From assembly GCA_965222375.1 (NCBI GenBank), contig CBDCTZ010000015.1, positions 768,001-832,000 on the forward strand: a stretch of 64,000 nucleotides of DNA, in the 5' to 3' direction. A program made the translations under genes and the position numbers. Shown one piece after another: positions 1-8,848 of the stretch. Within the stretch, counting starts at the first letter, position 1. Each line of letters starts with the position of its first letter. The notes beneath the pieces are model-generated. The model made no database searches and had not been told where the DNA came from. It saw only the letters and a program-made list of their open reading frames with translations. The DNA is from Polyangiaceae bacterium (GTDB lineage Bacteria > Myxococcota_A > Polyangia > Polyangiales > Polyangiaceae).

Positions 1-190
1 GGTTGCTCTCGAACGGGCGAGCCCGATGGCCGCGCCTGAAGCCGATCCCTGCGCCAGCCAGCGATGTCCGGGCGAACGAGATGCTCCTCGCCCATGCCCA
101 CCTTCTGGTTGCGCACCACGAGCCACTCGAATGGTTGCGCGATCAACTCCCGAATCGGGCCCAGGTGCGGCTTGTCCTCTCGCTGCGCGT

Positions 191-709
191 TCAGAGCTGG
201 CAGCCAACGTGCGTCGGCAGCTTAGGCAGACCCCCTCCGCCATCGGGTTTGGAAGGCAGCTTGAGTTTGCCGCCAATGCAGCTCGCCGCGCCGCAGCTAG
301 CGCAGTCACACGCCGCTGCGAGAGAGTCGAAGCATAGCGACTTGAACATGTAGGGACACGTCGCGGCGGATGACCACGGGGCTCCGAGTGGACGCGAGGT
401 CGGGTCGAAGGCGGCGCACGCGGCGCCACCTTCGAGCGGCTCGCAGCCGAAGGGGCAGACTACCGTCTCTCGTGAGCAAAACAGGCGTCCGGCGCTCGGT
501 GTCACCAAGAGGTTATCGTCGCAGTAGGGCTGCGTGGCGCAGGCCTCGACGGGCGCAGTGCCAGTGTCTTCGCCGCTAGCGTCGCTCATAGCGGCTGAGT
601 CGCCCGCATCCGAGGGTATCGTCCCGCCGTCCTGCGCGAGTGAAGGCGCTGCCGGCGTGCGCGGGAAAGCGTCGGGCGCCGCCTGGTTCCGAGAGTTGAT
701 AATCACCAC
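191..709 (-). CDS. Cys-rich hypothetical protein with DAG/DAS-type linker; no clear signal peptide
   Basis: 172-aa ORF with an acidic DAGDS/DASGED linker then about 10 Cys; GTG start lies 14 nt after a sigma54-like box. Confidence 0.5.
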   Translation of the reverse strand: MVIINSRNQAAPDAFPRTPAAPSLAQDGGTIPSDAGDSAAMSDASGEDTGTAPVEACATQPYCDDNLLVTPSAGRLFCSRETVVCPFGCEPLEGGAACAAFDPTSRPLGAPWSSAATCPYMFKSLCFDSLAAACDCASCGAASCIGGKLKLPSKPDGGGGLPKLPTHVGCQL

Positions 710-721
710 TTTGTCTTGTTA

Positions 722-737
722 AGCACGCGCTCGACCA
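722..737 (-). promoter_or_regulatory. Putative sigma54 -24/-12 promoter
   Basis: Minus strand TGGTCGAGCGCGTGCT (GG-N10-GC); GTG at 709 is 14 nt after the -12 C. Confidence 0.5.
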
Positions 738-843
738 GTCGGCCAAGGGCGTTAGATTGTTCGCCGCGATCACCATGATGCCGGGCGTGGCGGCACAGTG
801 TGCGATGTTCCGCGTGGCTTCGATCTGGCGGCTGCCGACGACG

Positions 844-1420
844 CTAGGGAACGTCTCCCTCGTCGTTGCAAAGCTCGCCGAGCTTGGCGACGGACTGGTT
901 CAGCCCACTCCTCTTGAGCTTGTCGAGCAGCTCCGACACCGACTGGGGCGGGTTCTTGAGGGAACGAGCTTGCTCGCGCAGCGCCCTGACGACCCTCGCT
1001 GGCGCAAGGTCGATCAGGTCGAGCACGAAGTCGTCCGGGTGGACGGCCTCGAGCTCGAAGGGCGTGAGAGCAGCCCGGGGAAAGTCCTTCAGGTTGAACG
1101 TCACGATGGTCTGCGCTCCAGCCCTGATGGCAGCGGCAAGGACGTGCCGATCGTCGTGATCGGGGAGGGTGAGCCCGTCGATGAGCGGCTCGTGCCCGGT
1201 GACCATGCAGTCGGGGACTGCCTGCCGCATCAGCTCCCGAGTGCGCTGAAGCGCCTCGGGTTTCAGGTCGGGCCGGTGATCGAGGATGCTGCGGAAGCAC
1301 TCGTCTAGAATGTCCTCCGTCCAGCGGACTCGCACGACGCCGGACTGGCCCAAGCGGACAAGCAGGTCCCGCAGGCGCGGGGTACAGCACACAGGCGTCG
1401 TAGATGACGACGAACGCCAT
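844..1420 (-). pseudogene. PIN-domain (VapC-like) toxin, frameshifted near 1375
   Basis: N-terminus MAFVVIYDACVLYPA is in one frame; LRDLLVRL...DHDDRHVLAAAIRAGAQTIVTFNLKDFP is in another. Minus strand reads CCC GCG C CTG CGG GAC, 2 nt short of YPAPLRDLL. Confidence 0.85.
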
Positions 1421-1423
1421 CCG

Positions 1424-1879
1424 TCAGTACCCGAGATCGTGTTTCTGGGCCTCGGCCGCCAGCTCGTCGAGGACTCGCTGCCGCTGAGCCGCGTCCTTCT
1501 CCCTGTACGCCACGAGATCCGCGACTCGAATCCGTCGATGCGTTCCGACCATCCGGAACGCGATCTTGCCGGCGTCCAGTAGACTCACCAGGAACGGCCG
1601 TGAGACGTTCAACATGTCGGCAGCCTGCTGGGTGGTCAGCTCCGCGTGCACGGGGACGATGGACACCGCGTTCCCGTTCGCCATCTGCGCCAGGATGTCG
1701 AGCAGGAGCTCGAACGCCTGACGCGGAACCGTGACCGACACATCTTCCTTCGCTCCCTCCGGCTTGATCCGGATGCGCCGCATCGACTTTTTTCGGAGGA
1801 GCTTCGACAGAGTGCGAACCGCCCCCTGTGCCTCCGCAGAGTCCTCGCTAGAGGGGATTTTCAAGGCCGTCGCAGTCAT
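1424..1879 (-). CDS. Excisionase-family HTH protein, antitoxin partner of the PIN gene
   Basis: ELTTQQAADMLNVSRPFLVSLLDAGKIAFRMVGTHRRIRVADLVAYRE motif; ends 3 nt before the PIN ATG; typical Xis-HTH/PIN pair. Confidence 0.92.
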   Translation of the reverse strand: MTATALKIPSSEDSAEAQGAVRTLSKLLRKKSMRRIRIKPEGAKEDVSVTVPRQAFELLLDILAQMANGNAVSIVPVHAELTTQQAADMLNVSRPFLVSLLDAGKIAFRMVGTHRRIRVADLVAYREKDAAQRQRVLDELAAEAQKHDLGY

Positions 1880-1898
1880 GGTGGGAACCTAGCTCATA

Positions 1899-1934
1899 TT
1901 CGAAATAAACGCAACATCCGCAATATCTGAAAGG
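1899..1934. promoter_or_regulatory. 9-bp-period direct repeats upstream of the TA operon (probable operator)
   Basis: ttcgaaata aacgcaaca tccgcaata tctgaaagg, AT-rich, about 20-55 nt upstream of the ATG at 1879. Confidence 0.5.
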
Positions 1935-2301
1935 GGCAGGTCGAATCGCCTGCGCCCGAGAGGCAGTGACGCCACTTGTGCGTACGTGCTTTCAAGGCGC
2001 GCCGCAATTGCTGCGCTCGCTGGCGCTGGTGCCCTGGCGTTTCTCGCATGGCAGTTTCTCCTCCCCGTCCAACAGGGAAGTACGACGGCTTCGTGTGGCG
2101 CGCGAAGTGACCGCCCACGTCGGGGCGTAGCGCGAGCCGCGGATGTTGGTGCTCGCCGTCCATACATTGCCCTTCATCTGGCGGGCGGTGGAGCACTACC
2201 CGCCAACGCCTCACGCATCCGGCGCACCGCTTCGGGCAACTGCGAAGGTAGACTTCAATGACGAGCTTTCGCGATGGTACGAGCCCCCTTCGCCGGGTTC
2301 C

Positions 2302-2341
2302 CTCGCATTCAGATCACGCGGCCGCATTCAGGTCATGCGGC
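2302..2341. repeat. 19-bp tandem repeat related to the dyad motif at 5649, 58748 and 62795
   Basis: cgcattcagatcacgcggc cgcattcaggtcatgcggc; cgcattcaggtca recurs exactly at 5651-5663. Confidence 0.6.
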
Positions 2342-2890
2342 GGGAGGCAACTCGTGCTCACGACAGATCTTGGTTGCATCTAGTTTGGTGAGCTTTTCGC
2401 CCGTGAGGCCGCAGCGGCCGCTCCGTCTGCCGGATTGGTAGAGCCGGCATGTGTAGCACTGCCCGAACGTCTTCGAGCCCGTAGCGCGCTGAATGGCTCG
2501 AAGCTGCTGCTCGAGGGAGTCCGCCAGGGCGGTTGCGGACTCCTCGTCCATGTCGGTGAAGCAGCTGGCGGGGAATGCGGCAACGACGACCGCCTTGCCG
2601 TCGCGGGTGAGCGAGCAGCGCTGCACACGGCCGTCATCAGGATCGGTCGACTTTTCAATCAGGTCGTGACGTTCGAGCGCTTTGAGAGTCTGGCTGATGG
2701 TTCCCTTTGTGACCCCGAAATACTCGGTCAGCGCGATCGGTGTGTCGCTGTAGCGATTGGCGACCGAGAGGTAGATGAGCGCCTCGAGCTGCACCAACTT
2801 GAGCCCGTGCATAGCTGCCACCTGTCGAAGATTGGACCGCATCAGCGATGACAGCCGTTCTGCAAGTAGGTGAAGGCGAGCGCGGCTCAT
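2333..2890 (-). CDS. MarR-family regulator with C-terminal four-Cys motif
   Basis: wHTH LTEYFGVTKGTISQTLKALERHDLIEKSTDPDDGR; C-terminal CYTC...CGLT...C; divergent from the redox operon. Confidence 0.92.
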   Translation of the reverse strand: MSRARLHLLAERLSSLMRSNLRQVAAMHGLKLVQLEALIYLSVANRYSDTPIALTEYFGVTKGTISQTLKALERHDLIEKSTDPDDGRVQRCSLTRDGKAVVVAAFPASCFTDMDEESATALADSLEQQLRAIQRATGSKTFGQCYTCRLYQSGRRSGRCGLTGEKLTKLDATKICREHELPPAA

Positions 2891-2941
2891 GAATCCAATG
2901 GTAGCGAGTCAAAACGATCTTGACAAGTCGCCGCCGATGGA

Positions 2942-2968
2942 CAATTAGTAGCGAGTCGATACTAATTG
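2942..2968. promoter_or_regulatory. Palindromic operator, probably for the MarR protein
   Basis: caattagtagcga-g-tcgatactaattg (one mismatch); degenerate second copy at 2897-2919; lies between divergent genes. Confidence 0.7.
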
Positions 2969-2976
2969 AGGAGACC

Positions 2977-4386
2977 ATGACTAGCAAAACCCACCTATTT
3001 GCCGCCTTGGCACCAGTATTCGTCGCCATCACCAGCTGCAGCAGTGAATCCGAAAGCGAGGCTCGAGCGCAGCGGAGCCCTTATGCCGCAGACCCATCAT
3101 TCCAGCTCGCCGCGTTCGATGTGAGCTACTCGCCGGCACTCGACTCCGTCGTTTTCGAGGTCGAAGCCGCCGGCGACGCAGCCAGCGTCGTTCCTGAGAA
3201 GGCCGGACAGCTCGATGGCGCGCCGGTGCTGGGATACGTCTTTGTCACCACCATCGAGCCCGAATGGATCGGCTTCGGCGACGTTGAAGGAACCGTGGCG
3301 CTGGCCGTGACCTCGCACCCCGACTTCGATGACACTCCGCTTTGGGACGAAGATTCCAACGAGCGCTTCGACGACGACGGCGCTGTCTACCACGCACACT
3401 GGGTCGTTCTCGGCGACAACCCTCGCGCTCCGGCAGGACTTGCTGTCGTACAAAGCGATGGCTCGTCGACCCTTCCCCCAACCGCCCCGATGCCCATGTA
3501 CCTCGACTCACCTGGGTTTACCGTGGTCGAAGAAGGTGCGCGGCTGCGGGTTTTGGTGCCCGCAGATCGGATCAAGCGGAACTTGGGCTTCACTACAGGA
3601 GCCCTCACGGCGTTCATGCAGGTCGACGCCACTGGTTCCACGCCGCTCCTCGCCGTGCATGAAGTACTGTCTCAAGTTCGCGACGGAGCCCCAGATACAC
3701 CGGTTGTCAATGCTGGGGCTGCTCCGGCATCGGCATGGCCGGCCGCTGCGAACGACAGCGACACCCTCGATATCGTCTCGACCACGGCGAGCTACGACGC
3801 GTCACTCGACACGTTCGTGCTGTCGATGGATCTCGCCGCGGCGGCTGCAACGAGTATTCCAACGCCAGCCGGGAAAGTCGATGGGGCGCCCGTGCTCGGG
3901 TACGTCTTTCCAACATCGATCCCGCCCGCCGAGGTCGGATTCAAAGAGACCGACGGCACGCTCGTGCTGGCTGTGACTTCGCACCCCGACTTCGACGATA
4001 CGCCGAACTGGGACGAGAACTCCGATGCCAACTTCGAAAACGACGGCGCGACGTACCATGTTCATTGGGCTGTTCTCGTCGAAGACGCGGCCTCACCGGC
4101 GGGATTTTCGGTTCCGTCGCAGACCGATACGGACAAGCTTCCACCGACGGCTCCGATGCCGATGTATCTGGACTCGCCCGGCTACCATGCGTTCGCGGTC
4201 GGCAACCAGCTCCGCGTTCTCGTGCCTGGCTGGCATCTGAGCGACGTTCAGCAGTTCTCCTTCGACGCGCTCACTGCGCGTATGCGCGTCGACGCTTCGG
4301 GAGCAGCCCCGGTGCTGCGCGTCGAAGAAGTCGTCGAGGTGCTCTCGGGCGATTTGTCACTGCCCAATAGCGTGTCGCGCAACTAG
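2977..4386 (+). CDS. Lipoprotein with a tandemly duplicated uncharacterised domain
   Basis: GAGGAG RBS; signal peptide and lipobox ITSC; two copies of GAPVLGYVF...TSHPDFDDTPxWDE...YHxHW...LPPTAPMPMYLDSPG. Confidence 0.88.
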   Translation: MTSKTHLFAALAPVFVAITSCSSESESEARAQRSPYAADPSFQLAAFDVSYSPALDSVVFEVEAAGDAASVVPEKAGQLDGAPVLGYVFVTTIEPEWIGFGDVEGTVALAVTSHPDFDDTPLWDEDSNERFDDDGAVYHAHWVVLGDNPRAPAGLAVVQSDGSSTLPPTAPMPMYLDSPGFTVVEEGARLRVLVPADRIKRNLGFTTGALTAFMQVDATGSTPLLAVHEVLSQVRDGAPDTPVVNAGAAPASAWPAAANDSDTLDIVSTTASYDASLDTFVLSMDLAAAAATSIPTPAGKVDGAPVLGYVFPTSIPPAEVGFKETDGTLVLAVTSHPDFDDTPNWDENSDANFENDGATYHVHWAVLVEDAASPAGFSVPSQTDTDKLPPTAPMPMYLDSPGYHAFAVGNQLRVLVPGWHLSDVQQFSFDALTARMRVDASGAAPVLRVEEVVEVLSGDLSLPNSVSRN

Positions 4387-4430
4387 AGCGCGTCAAGAAG
4401 CAACAACCCAACCGAAAGGAAGAAGAAGCC

Positions 4431-4667
4431 ATGTCGAAGAAAGCAACATTTTATCATGCTGGCTGCCCCGTTTGTGTCGCTGCAGAGGACAAGGTCGTAG
4501 ATCTCGTCGATCGTTCCCGTTTCGATCTCGAAGTCGTGCATCTAGGGGAGAACAACTCGCGGCTGGCTGAAGCCAAAAGCGCCGGGGTCAAATCGGTGCC
4601 GGCGCTCGTCATCGACGGAGTGGCGCTGCATATCAACCACGGCGCGGACTTGTCCGCCTTAGAGTAA
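4431..4667 (+). CDS. Small thioredoxin/glutaredoxin-fold protein
   Basis: FYHAGCPVC active-site motif and GVKSVPALV cis-Pro motif; AAGGA RBS. Confidence 0.9.
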   Translation: MSKKATFYHAGCPVCVAAEDKVVDLVDRSRFDLEVVHLGENNSRLAEAKSAGVKSVPALVIDGVALHINHGADLSALE

Positions 4668-5227
4668 TGAGTGGCATCGTGCGACACGCACCCGAGCTTG
4701 TCATTCAAGAGTGGCTGAACACCTCCGAACCGCTCAGCTTGCAGAGTTTGCGGGGTCGAGTGGTCTTGATTGAGGCGTTCCAGATGCTCTGCCCGGGTTG
4801 CGTGTCGTACGCTCTCCCGCAAGCGCAAGAAGTCGCGAACACGTTTGTCCGGGATGAGCTTGTCGTGATCGGACTGCACACGGTATTCGAACACCACGAA
4901 GCGCAAGGGACACGAGCTGCTCTGGAGGCGTTTCTGCACGAGTACCACTTCACGTTTGCAGTGGGCATCGACGCGCCATCAAACGAGGGACCGATCCCTC
5001 AGACCATGGCGGCTTTTCGCATGCAAGGAACGCCGACGACGATTCTGATCGATCGCGGCGGCGCCGTGCGGCTGAACAAGTTTGGACGCGAGCGCGATCT
5101 AGTACTCGGTGTACACATCGCCACCTTGTTGCAAGAGCGGCCGACGTCGGCGATAGTCGAACCAGTAGCCAGGGGCGATGGAGCGCACAACCCGACATGT
5201 AGCTCAGATGCATGCCCGAATCCGTAG
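4667..5227 (+). CDS. Redoxin / TlpA-like (AhpC-TSA fold) protein
   Basis: EWLNTSEPLSLQSLRGRVVLIEAFQMLCPGC and GTPTTILIDRGG; TAATG coupling to the upstream gene. Confidence 0.9.
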   Translation: MSGIVRHAPELVIQEWLNTSEPLSLQSLRGRVVLIEAFQMLCPGCVSYALPQAQEVANTFVRDELVVIGLHTVFEHHEAQGTRAALEAFLHEYHFTFAVGIDAPSNEGPIPQTMAAFRMQGTPTTILIDRGGAVRLNKFGRERDLVLGVHIATLLQERPTSAIVEPVARGDGAHNPTCSSDACPNP

Positions 5228-5348
5228 TGGCCCGACTCGTTTGCGGGCCGGGCCAAGAACCCAAGCGTGTGGCCCCGAGGTTCGTGGCGGACAACCCCGG
5301 TCGTCGCGCTGCCCGACAGCACCAGCTGGTGTTCGGTCTGCGCGAGGA

Positions 5349-5383
5349 GTGACGTCAATGTCACCAAATGACTTCGACGCCAC
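5349..5383. promoter_or_regulatory. Double-dyad motif copy
   Basis: gtgacgtcaatgtcac caa atgacttcgacgccac; same layout as 58748-58782 and 62795-62829. Confidence 0.5.
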
Positions 5384-5389
5384 ATCGGG

Positions 5390-5612
5390 TCATGCGCCGG
5401 AACCCATTCAAAAACCATGCGACCGAGCCAATCCGGAACCCAAGGTAAACAGGTCACCTATCGCTGCTACCCTGACGAAACCATGAAAATCACCAATCCG
5501 GCGAGGACCAGCATCGATGGCAAGTCCCAGGCCGTGGCGATCGCGCACGTGGACCGGGGCTACATCGCCGTCGATGAAGTGACCGTCGACGGCCAAGGCG
5601 CCTACCAAAGGC
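5390..5612 (+). pseudogene. Relic of a beta-helix (pectate-lyase-like) gene
   Basis: CAGTHSKTMRPSQSGTQGKQVTYRCYPDETMKIT...GYIAVDEVTVDG resembles the AGTYxETIRPxxSGTxGxPITYRAYPGE beta-helix motif; both ends are missing. Confidence 0.55.
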
Positions 5613-5738
5613 CGGAGCCGTCGACCTTGCCTGCACTACGGCGCCATTGTCGCATTCAGGTCACCGAGCGGCGTTCGCAGATTCAGCGAACCCGGACTCC
5701 ACATCGCAAAGCCGCGCTTTTTCAATGTTGCTCTCGGG

Positions 5739-5754
5739 TGGCACGCGATTCGCA
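5739..5754 (+). promoter_or_regulatory. Putative sigma54 promoter
   Basis: TGGCACGCGATTCGCA; ATG at 5767 is 14 nt after the -12 C. Confidence 0.7.
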
Positions 5755-5766
5755 GGGTAGCGCTCC

Positions 5767-7455
5767 ATGAGGTTTGCGCGCCGCTATCAGCCACCCTTCC
5801 GTCAAGACGCATCCCGCGAGCGGCTCCGCCCTCGCAACGTAGCCATCTGCGTCTGTTCCATGGCGATTCTTTTTCTCGCCACGGAAGCCCAAACCGCCAC
5901 GATCAACGCGACCAGTTGCTCCCAAACTGCCGTGAAGAAGGCAGTCGACTCCGCAAGCCCAGGAGACACCGTCACGGTGCCCGCCGGAAATTGCGCATGG
6001 TCAGCGAACGATGCAATTCGGCCGAAAGGGATCTCACTCATCGGCGCGGGCATGGACGTCAACGGGACGACCATCACGACCAACGCGACGCGAATGATCT
6101 CTGCGCTGTCTGAGCCCAATCATCCGACGCGTGTCAGTGGTTTTCGGTTCGTCAAAGGAACCGGGTCTGGGAGCGGGATGGTCACGGTCAACCTAAAGTA
6201 CCCCTCCGGAAGCATCTCGGGAACGAAGGACAGGCCGGTTCGGTTGGACCATTTGTACTTTGGGGACCAATGGGACGGCTCCAAGTACAGATTCAGCGGC
6301 GCGATTCACTTCAACTCGAACTACGGACTGGTTGACAACTGCACCTTTCACGACGCGGGCAAGGAAGTCTTGTACGTCACCAGCAAGGACGAAGCGACAT
6401 GGACTGACAAGCCCGGCCCTGTGACTTTCGGGACCTCAGAATTCACCTTCATAGAGGACAGCACGTGGATACAGACTCACGATGAGAATGCGTGTCACGC
6501 GATAATGGGTGACGACAGCGGAAAGTACGTGGCTCGCCACAACAAGATTACGGGAAAGCTCAACATAGACGCGCATGGGTACTGTTCGAAAGACGCAAAC
6601 GAGGGGAGCACGCGGGCCTATGAGATCTATAAGAACAGCATCACTATCAGCAACATTGGCTCCAATCAGCCAAATGTGTTCAATCTGCGAGGCGCCACCG
6701 GGTTCGTCTACGACAACGACATCGTGATCGCGAGCGGTGCCGGCCTGAACCGCATGGTGCAACTCTACGAGTACCAGATGCAATGGTGCGTGTCAGTCTG
6801 CAAGGGGAACGGGCCATGCAACACTTACCCCTGCCCGCAGCAGTTGGGTTGGGACCTCAAGGCGGGTGGCAACCGCAACACGCACACAGACTTCGAGCTC
6901 ACCCCGATTCGGGTTTGGGGCAACAAAGTGTCGGGCGGCGCACCCTCCTTGGGGTTCGTAACTGTCAGGAACGGCGGGGATTCCTGCACGATCGACACGC
7001 GCACCGTCTCCGACAACGTGAAGGAGGGGCGTGAGTATCACTATTCCGCGGATGCGTCGGCTGCGCCGCTCGGTTACGTGCCGTTTGCGTACCCGCACCC
7101 TATAAGAGGCACCGCGGGTTCAGGTGGTAGCAGTGGCTCCGCCGGAGCAAGCGGCGCCGGAAACGCGGGCGGTTCTGGTGGCGGCGCTAGCGGAGCCGGC
7201 AATGTGGATGGCGGTGGCGTTGCGGGCACCGGAGTCGGCTCCGCCGGTGCCGCAGGGAACAGCAGTGCCGGCATGGGGGGCTCCTCTGGCACTGGAGCGA
7301 GTGGGACCGGGAATAGTGACGAATCCGGTTGCGCGTGCACCACACCGCCTCGGCCAGCTGGAACCTCTTGGGGGCTGCTGTCAGCGGGGCTTCTGGGCGT
7401 CATTATCTCCAGGCGTCGAAAAGCACGAACGCGAACTGAACGTCCAGCACCATGA
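5767..7455 (+). CDS. Secreted right-handed beta-helix protein with MYXO-CTERM anchor
   Basis: Signal region, AVDSASPGDTVTVPAG helix cap, Gly/Ser linker, C-terminal GCAC...hydrophobic...RRRK. Confidence 0.85.
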   Translation: MRFARRYQPPFRQDASRERLRPRNVAICVCSMAILFLATEAQTATINATSCSQTAVKKAVDSASPGDTVTVPAGNCAWSANDAIRPKGISLIGAGMDVNGTTITTNATRMISALSEPNHPTRVSGFRFVKGTGSGSGMVTVNLKYPSGSISGTKDRPVRLDHLYFGDQWDGSKYRFSGAIHFNSNYGLVDNCTFHDAGKEVLYVTSKDEATWTDKPGPVTFGTSEFTFIEDSTWIQTHDENACHAIMGDDSGKYVARHNKITGKLNIDAHGYCSKDANEGSTRAYEIYKNSITISNIGSNQPNVFNLRGATGFVYDNDIVIASGAGLNRMVQLYEYQMQWCVSVCKGNGPCNTYPCPQQLGWDLKAGGNRNTHTDFELTPIRVWGNKVSGGAPSLGFVTVRNGGDSCTIDTRTVSDNVKEGREYHYSADASAAPLGYVPFAYPHPIRGTAGSGGSSGSAGASGAGNAGGSGGGASGAGNVDGGGVAGTGVGSAGAAGNSSAGMGGSSGTGASGTGNSDESGCACTTPPRPAGTSWGLLSAGLLGVIISRRRKARTRTERPAP

Positions 7456-7598
7456 GCGCGCTACGCTTACTCATAGGAAGAATGAGCTGCGATTCTTCGG
7501 AAGCAGCAGAGTAGGCCGGGGATTGGGAGGCAGGGCTGGTTCCTGCGCTATTCTCCCCGCGCAAAACTCCGCATTTCGGGGCTCGCGTCGCCCGAAGC

Positions 7599-7709
7599 CT
7601 AGGGATCAGTCGATGTCGCCTAGGCGGGCGTGGGTGAGCGTTAGCAGCCGACCACGATCACGATGAGAGCACCCCAACCGAAGCACAGTGATGCCTGCAG
7701 CTTCGTCAT
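7599..7709 (-). pseudogene. Relic lipoprotein N-terminus
   Basis: MTKLQASLCFGWGALIVIVVGC then TAA, followed by RSPTPA-TAG-ATSTDP-TAG in frame. Confidence 0.4.
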
Positions 7710-7825
7710 TTTCGGGATCTCCGTTTACCGTTCACGTCGAGGCGCACTTGAACAGACGGAGCCAGGGGGGCAACGGCCTCGCGATCTTCATTACGCCGCA
7801 ACTGTGCTATGCGGCTCTCCGAGCC

Positions 7826-8836
7826 ATGTCGACTTTGTGGAACGCCTTCATTGGGTCAGCAACGCCGACAGGAGTCGTGTTGTGTTTGACACTGGCGTGT
7901 TGCCACGCCGCTGCGGATCCTGCCCCGGAGGAGCGCAGCGCGGTATTGACAATGGAGCGCGTTGATGGCGCAAAGTCCTGCCCGGATACCGCTTCATTGT
8001 CGCAGGCGGTGGCCGAGCAACTGGGCTACGATCCGTTCAAATCCGGAGCCGAGCGCGAGATCGTCGTTGGCATGCAACGCGATGGTAGCGGGTTCTCTGG
8101 ACGACTCGAACTCCGGGACGATTCAGGTACCATCGGCGAACGTGAACTCAGTGCTGACGATTGTGCCGAGCTCGGCCGGGCGATGTCTCTCGCGATCGCC
8201 ATTGCGATCGACCCGCTGTATCCGGGTCGACGAGAGTCACAAAAGCCCCCACCGGCCAACACGACGCAGCCCGCACCACGCGAACTACCGAAGGCGCGGT
8301 CGCCGAGACCGCCAAAGCCGGCGCCAGTGGTTCGGCAGCGTGCGCCTGTGCACCTGAGACTCGGCGTGGGTGGTCAGGTCTCATTCGGGTCCGCACCGGG
8401 AACTAGTGGCGGGTTTTCTGCGCTGACGGGGCTCGGCCGCGAGTGGTGGTCGATCGACCTTGAAGGCCGCGGCGATTTACCTGCGTCGAAGGATGCCGAA
8501 CCCAGCGGGAGCGTCAGTGCGTCGCTCATTGCGGGGACACTGGTGCCATGCGCGCATCTGGCCTCGGGGTTCGTGTGCGTCCTGCTGACGGCGGGTGCAC
8601 TGCAGGGGGAGGGAAAGCTCGCCAAGCCAAAGCAGGCAACGACGGTCTACGCCGCCGTCGGCATCCGTGGGGGTGCTGAGTTACACCTGATGGAAAACGT
8701 CTCGTTGACCGGGCACGCTTCCCTGAACGCCGCGCTCAATCGGACGACGCTCGAAGTCAACGGAACCGAGCAGTGGACCATGCCGGCGCTGAATGGAGCG
8801 CTTGGGGTCGGCGTGGTGGTCCGACTGGGGCTGTAA
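7826..8836 (+). CDS. Exported protein with Pro-rich linker and probable C-terminal outer-membrane beta-barrel
   Basis: SCPD...LGYDPF...GERELSADDCAELGRAMSLAIAIAIDP domain, Pro linker, then amphipathic beta strands; directly upstream of an ECF sigma gene; start uncertain. Confidence 0.75.
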   Translation: MSTLWNAFIGSATPTGVVLCLTLACCHAAADPAPEERSAVLTMERVDGAKSCPDTASLSQAVAEQLGYDPFKSGAEREIVVGMQRDGSGFSGRLELRDDSGTIGERELSADDCAELGRAMSLAIAIAIDPLYPGRRESQKPPPANTTQPAPRELPKARSPRPPKPAPVVRQRAPVHLRLGVGGQVSFGSAPGTSGGFSALTGLGREWWSIDLEGRGDLPASKDAEPSGSVSASLIAGTLVPCAHLASGFVCVLLTAGALQGEGKLAKPKQATTVYAAVGIRGGAELHLMENVSLTGHASLNAALNRTTLEVNGTEQWTMPALNGALGVGVVVRLGL

Positions 8837-8848
8837 TTGGCAAAGAAA

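Noticed and set aside
1360..1390. Programmed ribosomal frameshift in the PIN gene
   Set aside because: No slippery heptamer or obvious stimulator, and a +1 shift would drop the expected second Pro; a deletion or assembly error is simpler.
1986..2300. Possible decayed membrane-protein gene (likewise 12120-12530, 17505-17690 and 36300-36760)
   Set aside because: Protein-like fragments in shifting frames, but no recognisable family; too weak to call.
7599..7643. Stop-codon reassignment suggested by in-frame TAG/TAA
   Set aside because: Well-supported genes in the window terminate at TAG and TAA normally.
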